DNA of 64,000 bases, taken from Lophium mytilinum (taxonomy: Eukaryota). Shown piece after piece: positions 36,524 to 49,064 of this stretch. Each line of letters opens with the position of its first letter. Position 1 is the first letter of the stretch. Under the pieces are notes generated by a model. That model worked only from the letters and a program-made list of their open reading frames with translations. It made no database searches and had not been told where the DNA came from. The DNA is taken from positions 744,001 through 808,000 of the forward strand of contig MU004195.1 of the NCBI GenBank assembly GCA_010093605.1, read 5' to 3'. The position numbers and the translations under genes were made by a program.

Positions 36524-39478
36524 TTACCAGCCTAGGGGAAAAGTTAGTATTTAAGAGGATTTTCTCGGATTTTCTCGGATTTGCTACTAGGTATCACATA
36601 CCTGGCTGCGGCGGTTGCGGTGTTCCCCCATGAGAGCCATACCCGCCTTGCTGGCCACCATGCTGCTGCCCCCCATGCTGACCCTGTCCAGGATACCCAC
36701 CCTGGCCGCCGTACTGGCCCTGCTGCTGATGGCCCTGCTCTCCGTAGCCTTGGCCATACTGCTGCTGAGGCGGTTGTCCACCATGGCCTCCCTGGCCGTA
36801 CTGGTCGTGCGACTGGCCTCCTGGGTTATACTGGCCTGGCGGAGGGGGATACTGGTGATTGTCGCCTCCATAAGATGGGTTAGGGGCACCGTAGGGAGCC
36901 TGGCCGGGCGGAAGATACTGGCCTGGTGTGCCGTGCTGGGAGCCGTATTGATCGTGCTGGCCGGGCGGGTTGTACTGGCCTGGAGCACCGTGTTGATCGT
37001 GCTGGCCGGGTGGGTTATACTGTCCTGGAACGCCGTGTTGGTCGTGCTGGCCGGGTGGGTTGTACTGGCCGGGAGCGCCGTGTTGGCCTGGGGGGTTATA
37101 CTGTCCCGGAGGGGCGCCGTGTTGCTGCGCGCCATGCTGCTGCGCGCCATGCTGCTGCGCGCCGTACTGGTCGTGTCCGCCTGGTGCGCCGTAGGAAGAA
37201 GCTTGACCTCCATAGGATGGCTGACCATGCGGAGGTGGAGAGTTGTATTGGCCTGCGGGTGGGCTGGCGTGGCCGCTGTGCGGAGCGTTGTACTGTCCTT
37301 GGGTTGGGTAATGACCCTAGATGAATGTCAGAACTGGCTTGAAGACTGCTTAAAAAAGCATGAACACGAAATGCAACATTAGTGTTCCTGATAGATTCGG
37401 CCAAACTAAGAGGCCTCGATAAGCCTGGTGGAGCGGGTAGAAAGGCCCTGTGAAGTTCGCCTAGATCATGGGGCTTCCTAGGGCGCCCAAGGATCAAGCC
37501 TATTGGAGCGGGTAGAATGGCTTGAGTCTTAGAAGCTGGTGGAACTGAGCTGTAAGGTGAGGCGTGATTCCAACCGGATACGGGGAGCCTGCTTGGATTA
37601 GGAGCTCTTTGCGGGATGTAGTCTGTAGAACCTGGTGCCGTCCTGATCCTGGAGTCCCCTAGACCTGGAAGAGGGCCTCCTTGAGCCAGCTGGGAACCTG
37701 GAATTGAGCTGTAAGGTGAGGGGTGATTCCAACCGGATACGGGGACCGTGCTTGGATTAGGAGCTCTTTGCGGGATGTAGTCTGTAGAACCTGGTGCCGT
37801 CCTGATCCTGGAGTCCCCTAGACCTGGAAGAGGGCCTCCTTGAGCCAGCTGGGAACCTGGAATTGAGCTGTAAGGTGAGGGGTGATTCCAACCGGATACG
37901 GGGACCGTGCTTGGATTAGGAGCTCTTTGCGGGATGTAGTCTGTAGAACCTGGTGCCGTCCTGATCCTGGAGTCCCCTAGACCTGGAAGAGGGCCTCCTT
38001 GAGCCAGCTGGGAACCTGGAATTGAGCTGTAAGGTGAGGGGTGATTCCAACCGGATACGGGGACCGTGCTTGGATTAGGAGCCCTTTGCGGGACGTAGTC
38101 TGTAGAACCTGGTGCCGTCCTGATCCCGGAGTCTCCTAGATTCAGAAGGGGGCCTCCTTGAGTCGGCTGGTAACCTGGAACTGAGCTGTAAAATGTGGGG
38201 TGATACCAACCGGATACGGGCCAACCACTGTCGATTCGAATTTGGTCGAGCATAGCTTTCTAAGGTTATCCTCTTTTTAGCCCTCCTCCTTTCAGCCCTC
38301 TTCCTGTTATAAATACTTCGTAGTGACGGCCGGTTCGCCGCCACTTGTGAATAAATGTTGATAGGCCATAGAACAATGGTCCTCGAAGACAGGGCATCCA
38401 GAGTCAAGCGATTGCTAAAACAGGTAAACAAATGAAAAGACTATCTTACCGGAGGAGCTGGGCTGCCATACTGGCCGGCCGTCGAGCTGGGAGCTGGGCT
38501 GCCGTAACCAGGGGTGCCGTGTTGACCTGCAGGTTGATACGCCGAGGGCGGTGCCTGTCCTGTATACGTGTTACCACCTGCTCCATGACTGTACCCATAA
38601 TCCGTAGGTTTCTGGCCATGCTGCACACGTGTATTAGTATAACACTCAAGCGGTAGATGTGGAGAGGGGTGGTATGAAACTCACAGCACCACCACCACCA
38701 AGCACACCCCCAAGCAACCCTCCCAAACCGCCCGATTGTTGATGTCCCTGCTGTCCCTGCCCTCCAGTCTGTCCATGGGACTGCTTTCCACCTCCGAGCA
38801 GACCGCTCGCAAGCTGTCCCACAAGGCCACCTCCTCCACCACCTCCTTGTCCCCCACTGCCAGACTGCTTGCCACCACCGAGGAAGCTCGACGCAAGACT
38901 GCCGACTAGGCCGCCCTGTCCACCACTCTGTTTGCCGCCGCTTTGCTTACCACTCAGCATATTCATGGCCATGCCCTGCGCCCGTCAGCATCATATACCT
39001 CGAACACCCAGCACCTGTATTTGGGGGAACATACTCCCAAGCCACCACTCCTCTCGCCCGTCTGCCCATCTATTCCCCTCGTGCCTTCACCCCCTCCTAG
39101 TCCCTGCTGCTGATGCGGCGCATCGTACGGATTCGCGCCTTGGGCCGGCGTGCCGGCGGGCGAAGCGCCGGGCGCGGTGGGCGCGGCGGAGGTAGGCATA
39201 TCCCACTGGGAGGCGCCGGTAGCGATTTGGACGTAGTAGTATTTACGGGAGCTAGTAAAGATAACGGGTGTAAGCGATTGTCTGGTGGACGAACACGTAT
39301 GCGCGGTGGATAACACTGAAGTATCGAGGGGAAGGGAATTGTAAGTCGGAGGAGGGGAAGGAGGAACCTACGTGTTGTCCCATTGAGATATCCACCCGGA
39401 AGGCACTTTGGGGAGGTTTGGGTCTGTGGGACCTGAATCGGGGGAGACTGGCGGGAGCGGGGGGGTTGGTTCCGCCAT
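36524..39478 (-). CDS. WW-domain protein with G/Q/Y/H/P-rich low-complexity region (6 exons)
   Basis: VPSGWISQWDNT|SRKYYYVQIATGASQWDMP WW domain. Exons 39478-39372, 39251-39035, 38975-38685, 38620-38450, 37316-~36602 and a final GW* exon ending at 36524, all with GT-AG sites. Confidence 0.85.
37541..38220. repeat. 159-bp tandem repeat, ~4.3 near-identical copies, inside intron 4 of the WW gene
   Basis: Unit starts (ggaa[ct]tgagctgtaa) at 37541, 37700, 37859, 38018 and 38177, with exact 159-bp spacing. Confidence 0.97.
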
Positions 39479-40166
39479 GGTGAGAGGGGATGTAGGTGAG
39501 GATGGAGTGAGGAAGGTGGTAGTGTGGTTCTCTGGAGGTGAGTTTGTCGTTGATATGCGGCATTTACAAGGGCCACGAATGGGGCTTGAGGCTGTGCTGA
39601 CTTCAGGGAGAGACGTGAGCTGAACGTAGGTTGCGAATTGGACCCCCCGCAAAGTGTGGCACAACGACGGGAGGCTGTGCTGTGGCGTCATCGGGGGGTG
39701 GCCCGTGTTGCTCAAACCTTGGAATCAATCTGCATAGAGGTGAGACTTCGGCCGGTGCTCCCCCAACGGTGTAGACGTGCGAGACATAATCATAAAGAGC
39801 AGAGCGCCTGGCAGGGGGAGCAGCTGAGAAGTATTACACTTCCAATTACTATCAAAGGCTAGCTACTCGCAATGCAGATCAGTAAGACCTCCATGATACT
39901 CTGATAATCTCATGGATGAGGTCAATCGTATCATCCGCTCGCCAAGAAGCCCCAATGCCCTGGCAAGAGTCCTGTTTCCCATGTACCCATCCGAATTCGC
40001 CCCTAAAGATGTTGTACAAGTGCTAGCCCTAGAACCATAGGTAGTGTGTGAAGCAAGAGTGGAAGCTGCCGGAACCCTTTGACCCGTTTCCCAAACACCA
40101 ATTCCGTGCACCGTAGTCGTCAGATGTGAATACGTTCTACAGAGAAGGGAATCCACGCCTGAATGC

Positions 40167-42549
40167 CTACCAAGCATACCTATCGTTCTCATTCTCTTCG
40201 TTACCGTCCCAATCTTCGTCTCCGCTTACCTCAGAGTCCAAGAAGTCACCCTCATCGAACAAATCTTCTCGAGGTCGGAGGTTGTCGATGCGGATATCCA
40301 CCACACGACATCTGCCCTGAACGTATTTTTCGACGATCACATCTTGGGGTGAATCTGTATCGTTCTCGCTCTCGGAAGTTCGAACGCGGCTGCGCAGACG
40401 TTTCGTACCCCACGTGTCGTCTGAACCCCGAGTCTGTCGCCTGCGAGCACCCCTAGGTAAGATGGGAGCATCACTGTCTGTATCCTCTAGTGCATCACTT
40501 TGTGAGCTGATGTTTGCGGGTGTCGCCGCTTCATCTCCCTCGTCTTCGCTAACGGCTCCAATGGCGGTTGTAGCCCCGTTCGGGCCGGCTGCTTGCGAAG
40601 CCTTCCATTCTCTGAAAGCACGCAAGGATACCAAGTGGTCACTGGGTGGCGCAGGTCGTTCGAGGAATACCGTCTTGAACCGCGGAATCCATTCGTCACG
40701 GAAAGCGGCTCGCTCGCGCCAGTTCACGTCTACCATAGCCTTCAATACGAGTTCGCGAAGGTCCGGAAGCTCTGCCGCGGAGTTGATCAGTGACTTGAAG
40801 AATGTCTTGGCGGCAGGCGCAGACCACTTTCGCAGGTAAACGAGGTCCAGGACTTGCAGAGTGGAGGGCCAAGACGGTACCTCTTCCTCTGTGAGAAGCT
40901 CGTCGTACTTGGGATCTGCGTCTCGTGATGTGGTGAATGTGGAGTAGTAGTTGAGGTCCATCCTAAGAACTTCCAGCCGAGGGCATGAGTGCTTGAGGTC
41001 AGGCAAGAACGACAAGTTGAGGGTTTGGTTGTGGTTCAGGATTAGTTCCTCTAGCTGATTTCCATGGGTGAGAAGATATGCCCCCAGTACTTCCGAAGTA
41101 AGCATCCCACAGTTAGCAATCGTTAACGAGACGAGCATGTCTGGGAGTAACGGAAGGAGAATATTGTTAACGGCTGTACACGACACGAAGGAGAGAGCCC
41201 GAAGGCTGGGGAGAGTGGCTAGAGCTGATGCCAGAAGTTCCTCTTGGGTGGGCTGGTCTTCCACGTCCGCTGCAGGATCCTTTGCCCGTGGTGACTCCCA
41301 TTTTGGGTCCTGTGGAAAGTTTGTGAGAACCAAGTCTCGAAGACTTTGGAAGGACGCCTGTCCATGGATGTCCTTCATTCGTAGCATACTCGTGGAATTG
41401 ATAGTTTCCGTAAGCAGGAAATGATTCCACGTCCAGCCCTTCAACCTTGCTCCACTCTGATCCAAACCCGTGAAGAGTGCGGGAGGGTAGTGTCTACTGG
41501 CGGACTGACGCACAGCTACTTGCGATTGTCTATACGGTGGCCGATCGTGGGGGTCGAATATGTCGATCTCTTTGAGAGTCCTCAAGGGCGTAATAAGAGC
41601 TCCTAGATCTAACTCCGCGCGGCCTGTTGGGGACCGACGTGGCATCTTGGTAACGTCCAGCTCCAGACGCTTGACCATGACTTGGTAGTCTCTGTCTTCT
41701 GACGTGGGCGTTTGCGATAGAGTCTGCAGTAGCTTGTTCCTCCTATCCTTAGGTAAGACGAAGAGCGGCGGGTTGCGATAGAGCGCAGTCAGTGCGGGTT
41801 TGGTGAATTCGAGGTGCATCCGGGCCATATGGAGAAGCCAAGGTACTGCAGAAGTCGGAGAAAGGCCATCGTAGAGGGGATGAGAGGCATAGACAAATAT
41901 TTGCAACAGGACAGCGTATGGAAGCGCCGCCAAATTAGGTATCTTGCCGTCCGTCACGAGTGGTTTGGTCTTGAGGGGAGCCTTGGTTTGAGGATCTGAA
42001 CGTTTGGTGATTCGACCTGCGATTTGAAGTTAGGACTAGTTGTTACGGCTGGATTAAGCTGGCGGAGTGTTGCTTCGGCTTACCTAGGGCTTTCCGAGGG
42101 GTCCTGTTGCGCCGGGTCGTTTTCACATACTCTACATAATCGCCTTCGAAGTTTGCGTCATCATGGCGAGCTGCTGCCTTGACTCTGGCTGGCTTGTTCC
42201 GTGACCGTGTCGCTTTGCGCTGGACCGTCGCCACCTCATTTGTATAGTCACCCTCAGAGTCGTCTTCTGAGCTCGGCTCCTTGTATGATTGAGGATGTTG
42301 ACGGCGCGACCTGCCTGCTTTCTGGGGTGACTGCGACGGGGTGGTGCGTGGGGTCTTGCGGCTCCGGAGTGTGAGTTGTGGTTGCGACTGCGACTGCAAA
42401 TGCGCAATGCGCCTAGTCTCGCGGTGGGCGACAGCTGGCAGCTCCTCGTTGGCAGAGTCGGCCTCGGAATCAGGAGGGGTGTCTTCATCACTGCTCGGTT
42501 CGCGGTAGGATATGAAGGCGCGCTTGCGCTTCAGGTTGCGGGTCACCAT
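40167..42549 (-). CDS. Fungal F-box-like/LRR (RNI-like) protein with basic N-terminus
   Basis: MVTRNLKRKR exon spliced (GTAAGC...CTAAC...CAG) into LAALPYAVLLQIF and LxxLxL repeats (LEELILNHN, LEVLRMDL, LRELVLK). Confidence 0.8.
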
Positions 42550-43815
42550 GGTTTCTATGACATGCCGGAGATAGGGCGGAGGAGATGATGGCCGTCCAGC
42601 AGCAGGAGTGGCCGATCGAATGGAGTCGAAGGTGAGAGGGCCGCCTGCGGTGTGTCGAGGTCTCCAGAAAAGCGAATCCAGAAAGTTGGGGAGAGGTTGG
42701 GAAAACAAAGAGGGTGATGGTTGTGGGTGCTGCGCGCAGTCAGTGACGATGGCACTTGCATCAAATATTTAGCGCTAGTGCAGATCCCGGTCGGTTAAGT
42801 GCACCGCCAAGACATACTGCATATGCTTCAAACGTCCTCACCATCTCATTTGGGGGTTGTCTTTCTGATTCGGCACAGAAAAAGTATCTAGGTTGATTAT
42901 ATAGTAATTCGAGAGTAGCTCAAGTAACGCTAAGGGAACGCTCACACTTGAGAAACAGCAGAAGGTCGTCCTGTCTCCAAATTTAGTTTCGACACCTTGC
43001 AGAACCGAAGTTGCGCTCAAGCCGACATTTCAGTTTTGAGAGTATCCAGTTGATGTGACAAACAATGCGTCTTCTCGCTGTGCATGAGCGATAATACCTA
43101 GGCTTGAAGTTTAGCCCTTCCCTCTTCGGGACGTCACGCTTAAGCGGCTTAGTCATGGTCAATCTGCTTGGCTCTCGTTTGCCAGCCGGCGCGTCAGAAA
43201 CAACATTGGAACCTCCTGTAAGTCGCCGCGTGCAAGCTCACCAGCAACCTCTCCTCTGTCTCTTTGTCTGTACGAATTCTATAGCTCCCTCACCGCTCGC
43301 CGTCTCGGCGCGCATCTCTGATTGTCCATTGTGTGCGCCGACATTTTCAGGAAGAGCTGGTCAAGCTTTCGCGGCAGTCTTCTGTTCAGAAATCTGCACT
43401 TTCTATCGTGGCGCGGAGGTTGTAGTGAAGGCGCCCTCATTTTCTGGGACTGCGGTAGCCACTCCTCACTGGATTTGCGCCATTAGCGCACATGCCACCT
43501 CAGGAACCCCATCAATATCTCCATTGACCTTTTGGGTGGGCATGCACTGTCGCATTCACCATCAAAGTCCTCAGGGTGCTTGGTTGCAACAGCTCTGCGC
43601 TGCGGCCGTCTACTCGCCATCCTCGTGACAGGACTTCATCTGGCGACCCCCACCTTCACCGCAAGAAGAAGATCACTTCTATCTCACAAGAAAAACACCT
43701 ACGCCGTTCTCTGTCGCGTCATGACCTCCTCTCAGTCACTTGATCACCACACTACTGCTCACGGCGCTCTCATCATCGAAACCGAGTCCTCCCCAGTCTC
43801 ATTCACGGCGATAGC

Positions 43816-46222
43816 ATGGTGATCACGCAAACCCCCGAATTTAAGAACTTTTTTGGAAATTCCTGCCTGTATTTGACTTTGAAGGAGTCGAGGAACAGAA
43901 CTTTTTTGTCCAGAAACCTTGAGGCTGTTCTGGACCATCATCAACGACGACTTGAGAACCCAACTCTCGCCGACACGACAGAAACGCGCGCTCTCACACG
44001 GCGCCATTGGCAATACCCTTCTGACGGTATGGACGACTTGTTGCAGAGCTTTGAGAACGGAGAGATCCTTGAGGTTTCTGTCCGAGGGTTTTGGCCTGTA
44101 GACCCTTCATCGAAAAAGAAAGCATCAAAGAAAATCGCAGTCGGCCCGAAGGCGAGAGAGGCGATATGGGACGCGCTCGAACATGCCGAAAACATTATTA
44201 AACAGCCTTGTCGGGTCAGACTTGCAATTGCAATAGTCGAGCCTGATGAGACCAAGACTATACCTCTGGGCGACAGATGCAAGATTCTCTACTCTACCGA
44301 GCATGCCGCATCTATCAGCGGAAAACAGAACAAAGGTGGCCAGCGATTTCTGAAAATCGATGTGGAACCGTTCCGAGTAGACATTCCTACCCTGACGGTC
44401 CCAAAATCTAACGGCGTACGATGGAAGAACGCCATAGGAGCCAAGTACGAAACTACAATAGGTATATCTCCTATGGACAGCAGGAAAGCGGACGAGCTGC
44501 TACGCTTCTTAAAGCCCAACAGCGAGTTTAGTCGATACGATAAAGCTGCTTTTTCTGGAAAATGGAACGACCTACCACAGCTTCCTTTTAACGGGCAGAT
44601 GATCCCTGTCTACCGGAAAACTAGCGAGGGGCGGATGAAGTTTGAACATGAGATCGATTTCGAGATGGCTTTTACAAAAAGCCAGGTGTCGCCAATCGCA
44701 CTATATAATCAGTCTTCAAAGCGGGCCCGGCCAAACCAGCTCCCTTCGCCAGTCTCGGAAACAAGGCTTCTCGACGAGATGACCGAGGTGACGTACAGAC
44801 TGATTAATGGCAATGCTTCCAAGGTCATGACCTATACCGACAACACGTGTCTCTTTTGTGAGAAGATGACTCTACCAAACAGCGAAAGGTTGCACCATCA
44901 CCTTAAGACACATCATGACAACTACGATTTCGGGGTTGAAACACAGCAGAAGGAGCGAGGTGCAGCGACACTGACTGAAGTTACGATTCTCGTTGAGCTT
45001 TCTGAGAAAAGGGAGGACGTAAGAGCAAGTGACTCAGTACCTGATACGCGCGCCGTCAGTTGGGTCGCACCAGAGGAGCCTTTCAACCTAGCTGAGTCAA
45101 ACAAGGGCAACTCGGACTGGGTAGCAAAAGGTTCTTACCATGGGAAGAGAAAGGCACCCAAGCCTGTCTTTCGGCAGATCAAACCTAAGGAGCCAGAAGA
45201 GGTCCTACAGCAGCTACCTGCTCCCATTAGAAAGAGGCACAAAGTTCCTCCCGCTCCAAGGGGCATAACGTTCTTCCGGACCCTGTCAAAACGTCCTTTG
45301 GAAGAGGGTGAATCGGCCAGTGAGAGTGACGACGATATAGACATAACTTGGCTTAAACTCAGACGGAACGGCGCAACAAGCGATTCAGATACTCCTGAAT
45401 CGGCCAAAACTCTCATCAAACGGCTAGATGATCATATGGAAGATGAGCAGCTAACAGACGACTTGCACGTTGGTGATGCTATTGTTCGATTCACCTCCCA
45501 AAATCGCGAGTGGTTGCAGGAATCAGATCATGCCCAGCAGCTCTTGAAGAAAGCAGCAGAACTTCGAGACGATGATATCATCACAGAAGCTGTGTATCAG
45601 CACTGCAAAAAGATCACGCAAATGGATCCAGTCGAAAGTAGCAAGAGTAGATTACATAACAGGACGATGGGCTTATGTTCAACGCCACCACGAACACCAG
45701 CTACATCCTCAGCAAGTTTCAGTTCTGTGGATGCAGAACCCAGAAAGCGCAAGAGATCAAATACAAAAGGGCGCGGACCTTCTCAGCCACAGGACACCGA
45801 CGGAGATGTTGAGATGTCAGAGCCAAGTCCGCCAGACAGTCGACAGCTGAGTAAAGACCGTGGACAGTCACGTACCCTTGTCAACGGCAGATGCCTATGT
45901 GGTGAGCAAGCTGAAGCGGTTGACAATTTGCGTGAGATCATCTGGTGCGACAATCCTGTAAGTTTGATCTCGTCTCTCATACACTTTCATCATGTTACAC
46001 AAGCCTGAGAGCGTTGTTACACCAAAATTCTCATCTTATTTCTCTGTTCATACGTTTCTCGCCGCCTTCAGTCATGATCAGAATTCCATCACTAACTCAT
46101 TTCATCAGCACTGTGTCCGCCACTGCTTCCACATTAAATGCGTCGGCCTGCCCAGACGATGCCGCGGTTGGGCTTGTGACGATTGCAAAAAGGACGAGAC
46201 TCTATGGCCGACAAAGGACTAG
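43816..46222 (+). CDS. SUZ12: Polycomb PRC2 subunit SUZ12 (C2H2 Zn finger + VEFS-like box) with C-terminal PHD finger
   Basis: RTFLSRNL N-terminal motif; CLFC...LHHHLKTHH; FFRTLSKRPLEEGESASESDDDIDITWL. Intron 45958-46108 completes the PHD. Confidence 0.8.
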
Positions 46223-47693
46223 TCCCCAATTATACGTTCGCAAAGTGAGGGCGGTGGAGATTGATGCTGATTGAACAGAGGGGGAATAAGTATCGCATCG
46301 GACACCTCCCCTATCTACCCAAGCTTTGCTCATTGACTTCTTAGGGGGACGGCGGCGGACTTTCTGCATTTGCATCTTCTTTTTTTCTTTTGTCTAGCTT
46401 CAGCATGCGCCGGCGTTTGGGGGAGAGGAGTACGAAGCATATTAACACGGCGTGGGTTGGGTGGTTCCCATCTCTTGGACGAGGTGGGGCTTTTACTGCT
46501 TTGCTTACTTGATGGACCGGATAGTTGCTCGAGGGTGAGAGGAGGTGCTTCACAGTTGACTAAATAGAATATGATTACCACTTGAGCTGCAAATCCCGTC
46601 CTTCTGCGATGGGAAGTGATAGGGTTTCAGTTTGAAAGGCCCGTGAAAGCTGAAAAGCCCATTCCAGGCTGTCGCAACTCCGTGCGGCCCTATCCTTACG
46701 CTCAAATTCCCGTAATTTTCGCCTCTCGCCACGCTTCGATCATTTTGTATACTGAGGCCTTTCAGATCATGGCGAATAGAAGTCGAGACGCAAATCTCTC
46801 AAGGCACCTTTTAGAAAGTAGTCTGTATTGACTTGAACATATGCTGTCCATATATGATCTTCTCCGGTATTCAGTATCAGCTTGACAAGGACTGATTCCT
46901 TGATCCGTTTGTCCCCAGATCATGTTGACAGAAGTTGGTTGTATCAATGCTATCACAATTCTCGGTAACTACCGGAACACCCCTCCACTCAATGTTCAAG
47001 TACTCCCATTGCAGCCAATTTTCCAATCATCTTTCTGTTTCTCGACAACGAATCTCTCCCCAAGCCACAACGCACTCAAATCGAAACACCCACTCTTCCC
47101 AACAGCCTCTTAGTTGTACCTGTGTACAGCTACGCATTCTAACAGCCTAAAGTTTCCAGGTGACATAATGGCTTCCCCAACAGTGCTACCAATGCCAGGT
47201 CTTTCCCCATAAGGACACTTGGAAAGCCTGATTATTTTTCCCCAAGCCCTCCATCTGCAACCTTCCCCAAACGGCTGACACCTGTGACCCTCGTGCCACA
47301 GAGGCAGCTGACAGGCCACATGAGTGACGGGAACGAGCCGTCTGCTCGTGGCACCAACAGCCTGGGCGTACCATCTAACCCGATTCGAACGGGTATCTAA
47401 CCACACCCTAACCACGACGTGTGACGCAGGACCCGAAAAGAGAAAACGCTACAAAACACAGCTACGTACCCTCAAGCCTTGCCGCAAAGCCTTTGCAACA
47501 GAAGAACCGGAAAATGGATGCAACGACGGCTGGGATGCTTTCGGTCGTGTTAATAGGAGAAAATGGGGTATAAGAACGACGTCCGTGACGCTTTCGAGAA
47601 TCCCATCCTGCTCTAGGAGAACAGTCGTTCCCGCTTCTTTCTCTCTCCACTTTCGTTTGCAGTCCGACCCAGGTCGATTCGACTCAAGACAAG

Positions 47694-48784
47694 ATGAAAT
47701 TCTCCCTCTTTGCTCTCATTCAGCTTTCGCTTCTCGCCCTCGCCCACCCCAACCGCTTGAACGAACCGATCCACCGCCCTCGCGCCGCGGCGAGCTCAAA
47801 CTCCACCAGCGCCGTCTCGACGTCCGGCATCATCCTCAGCACGGGCACTTCCTTCCCCACCAGCGTGATCCTCAGCACCGGCATCTCCATCCCCACCAGC
47901 ATCATCCTTAGCACTGGCCCTACCCCCTCCAACACCACCACCAGCACGCCCCCCTTCGCCAACACCACCTTCTTCGAGTCATATGCCACCACCACCACCT
48001 CCTCCTCCTCCTTCTCTTCCTCCTCCTCCTCCTCTCTCACCTCCTCAACCCCCTCCCCCTCACCAACCGCCCCCGGCCCCGTGTCCTTCAAACTCCGCAC
48101 CGCCCTCCGCCCCACCTCTCCCTCCAACCCCTCCCCCCCGCACCACCTCGCCAACCTCTACCTCACCACCTTCCACACCGGCGCCGGCACGTCCGACCCC
48201 GTGTTCGCTGCCTCGAGCTCCACGACTTTCTACCTCAACAACACGTCTAGCGGCGGGGGTTACGGCGGCGGCACCGCGGAGACGGTGCTGCAGGTCGCGA
48301 ACCCCGCGGGGTACATCTGGGGTTTCCAGTTCACGTTCTGGCCGTACACGGGATGGGGGGATGTGACGCTGGATGTGAGTAAGGAGGCGGCGGGGGGGTG
48401 GGTGGTTGCGGTGGTGGAGATGGGAGGGGGGAGTGAGATGGAGGCGGGGCGGGTGAGGGAGGAGGTGGTGGTGAGGTATGAGGGGAGTGGGACGGGGGTG
48501 GGGGGTGGGTGGCTTGGTGAGTGATTTTTTTCCATCTTCTTGTTTTGGGGTTTGATGGTTAGGGGATGAAAGCGAAGGCTAATTCCACCCACCCCTAGTG
48601 TGTGACTGGTGGCACGCGGTCCCGCAGTTGTTTTTCCGTGATCCGTATCGCGACCCGAAGTTCTATCCGGCGCCGAAGAGCTGTGCGGAGGTGGAGTTGG
48701 TGATGGAGTTTGTGGGGGATGGGGATATTACTGTGGGGGGTTGAAAGAGGGTTAGAGAAGGGTGGGCTGGGCAGGTTTAAGTAG
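47694..48784 (+). CDS. Secreted protein with Ser/Thr-rich stalk and conserved-looking C-terminal domain
   Basis: Signal peptide MKFSLFALIQLSLLALA; YLTTFHTGAGTSDPVF. Intron 48517-48598 gives GWLVCDWWHAVPQLF...SCAEVELV. Confidence 0.8.
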
Positions 48785-49064
48785 GAGAGAAGAGGTTCAA
48801 TGAGTTCTGAGTTGGGCTTGCAGCGAAGAAGTGACAGAGAAGGAGGTTGAGGAAGAAATGAGGAGATAGCTTGGAGGATGAGCGTGGATCGTGGATCGTG
48901 AAGAGTTAAGGAGGGTGTAATAAGTGCGTATGAGAACGTAGAATCCTGAAAAGCCTGTACCGCTTTCATGGTTGATTTTGTGAACCATGGCGGCTTGAGC
49001 ATTATTTGCTACGTCTTTTTCCGTATGCGGCTTGGAGGGTCCTTCTAAAGGAACCGATCCCACC

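Noticed and set aside
37541..38220. CRISPR-like array (also 49065-49830)
   Set aside because: Eukaryotic context, whole units repeat without unique spacers, and there are no cas genes.
47371..47420. tRNA T-arm-like hairpin (ACCCG-TTCGAAT-CGGGT, minus strand) beside CCCTAACC
   Set aside because: No matching acceptor stem, D-arm or anticodon arm; a single telomere-like word is not a telomere array or a full telomerase template.
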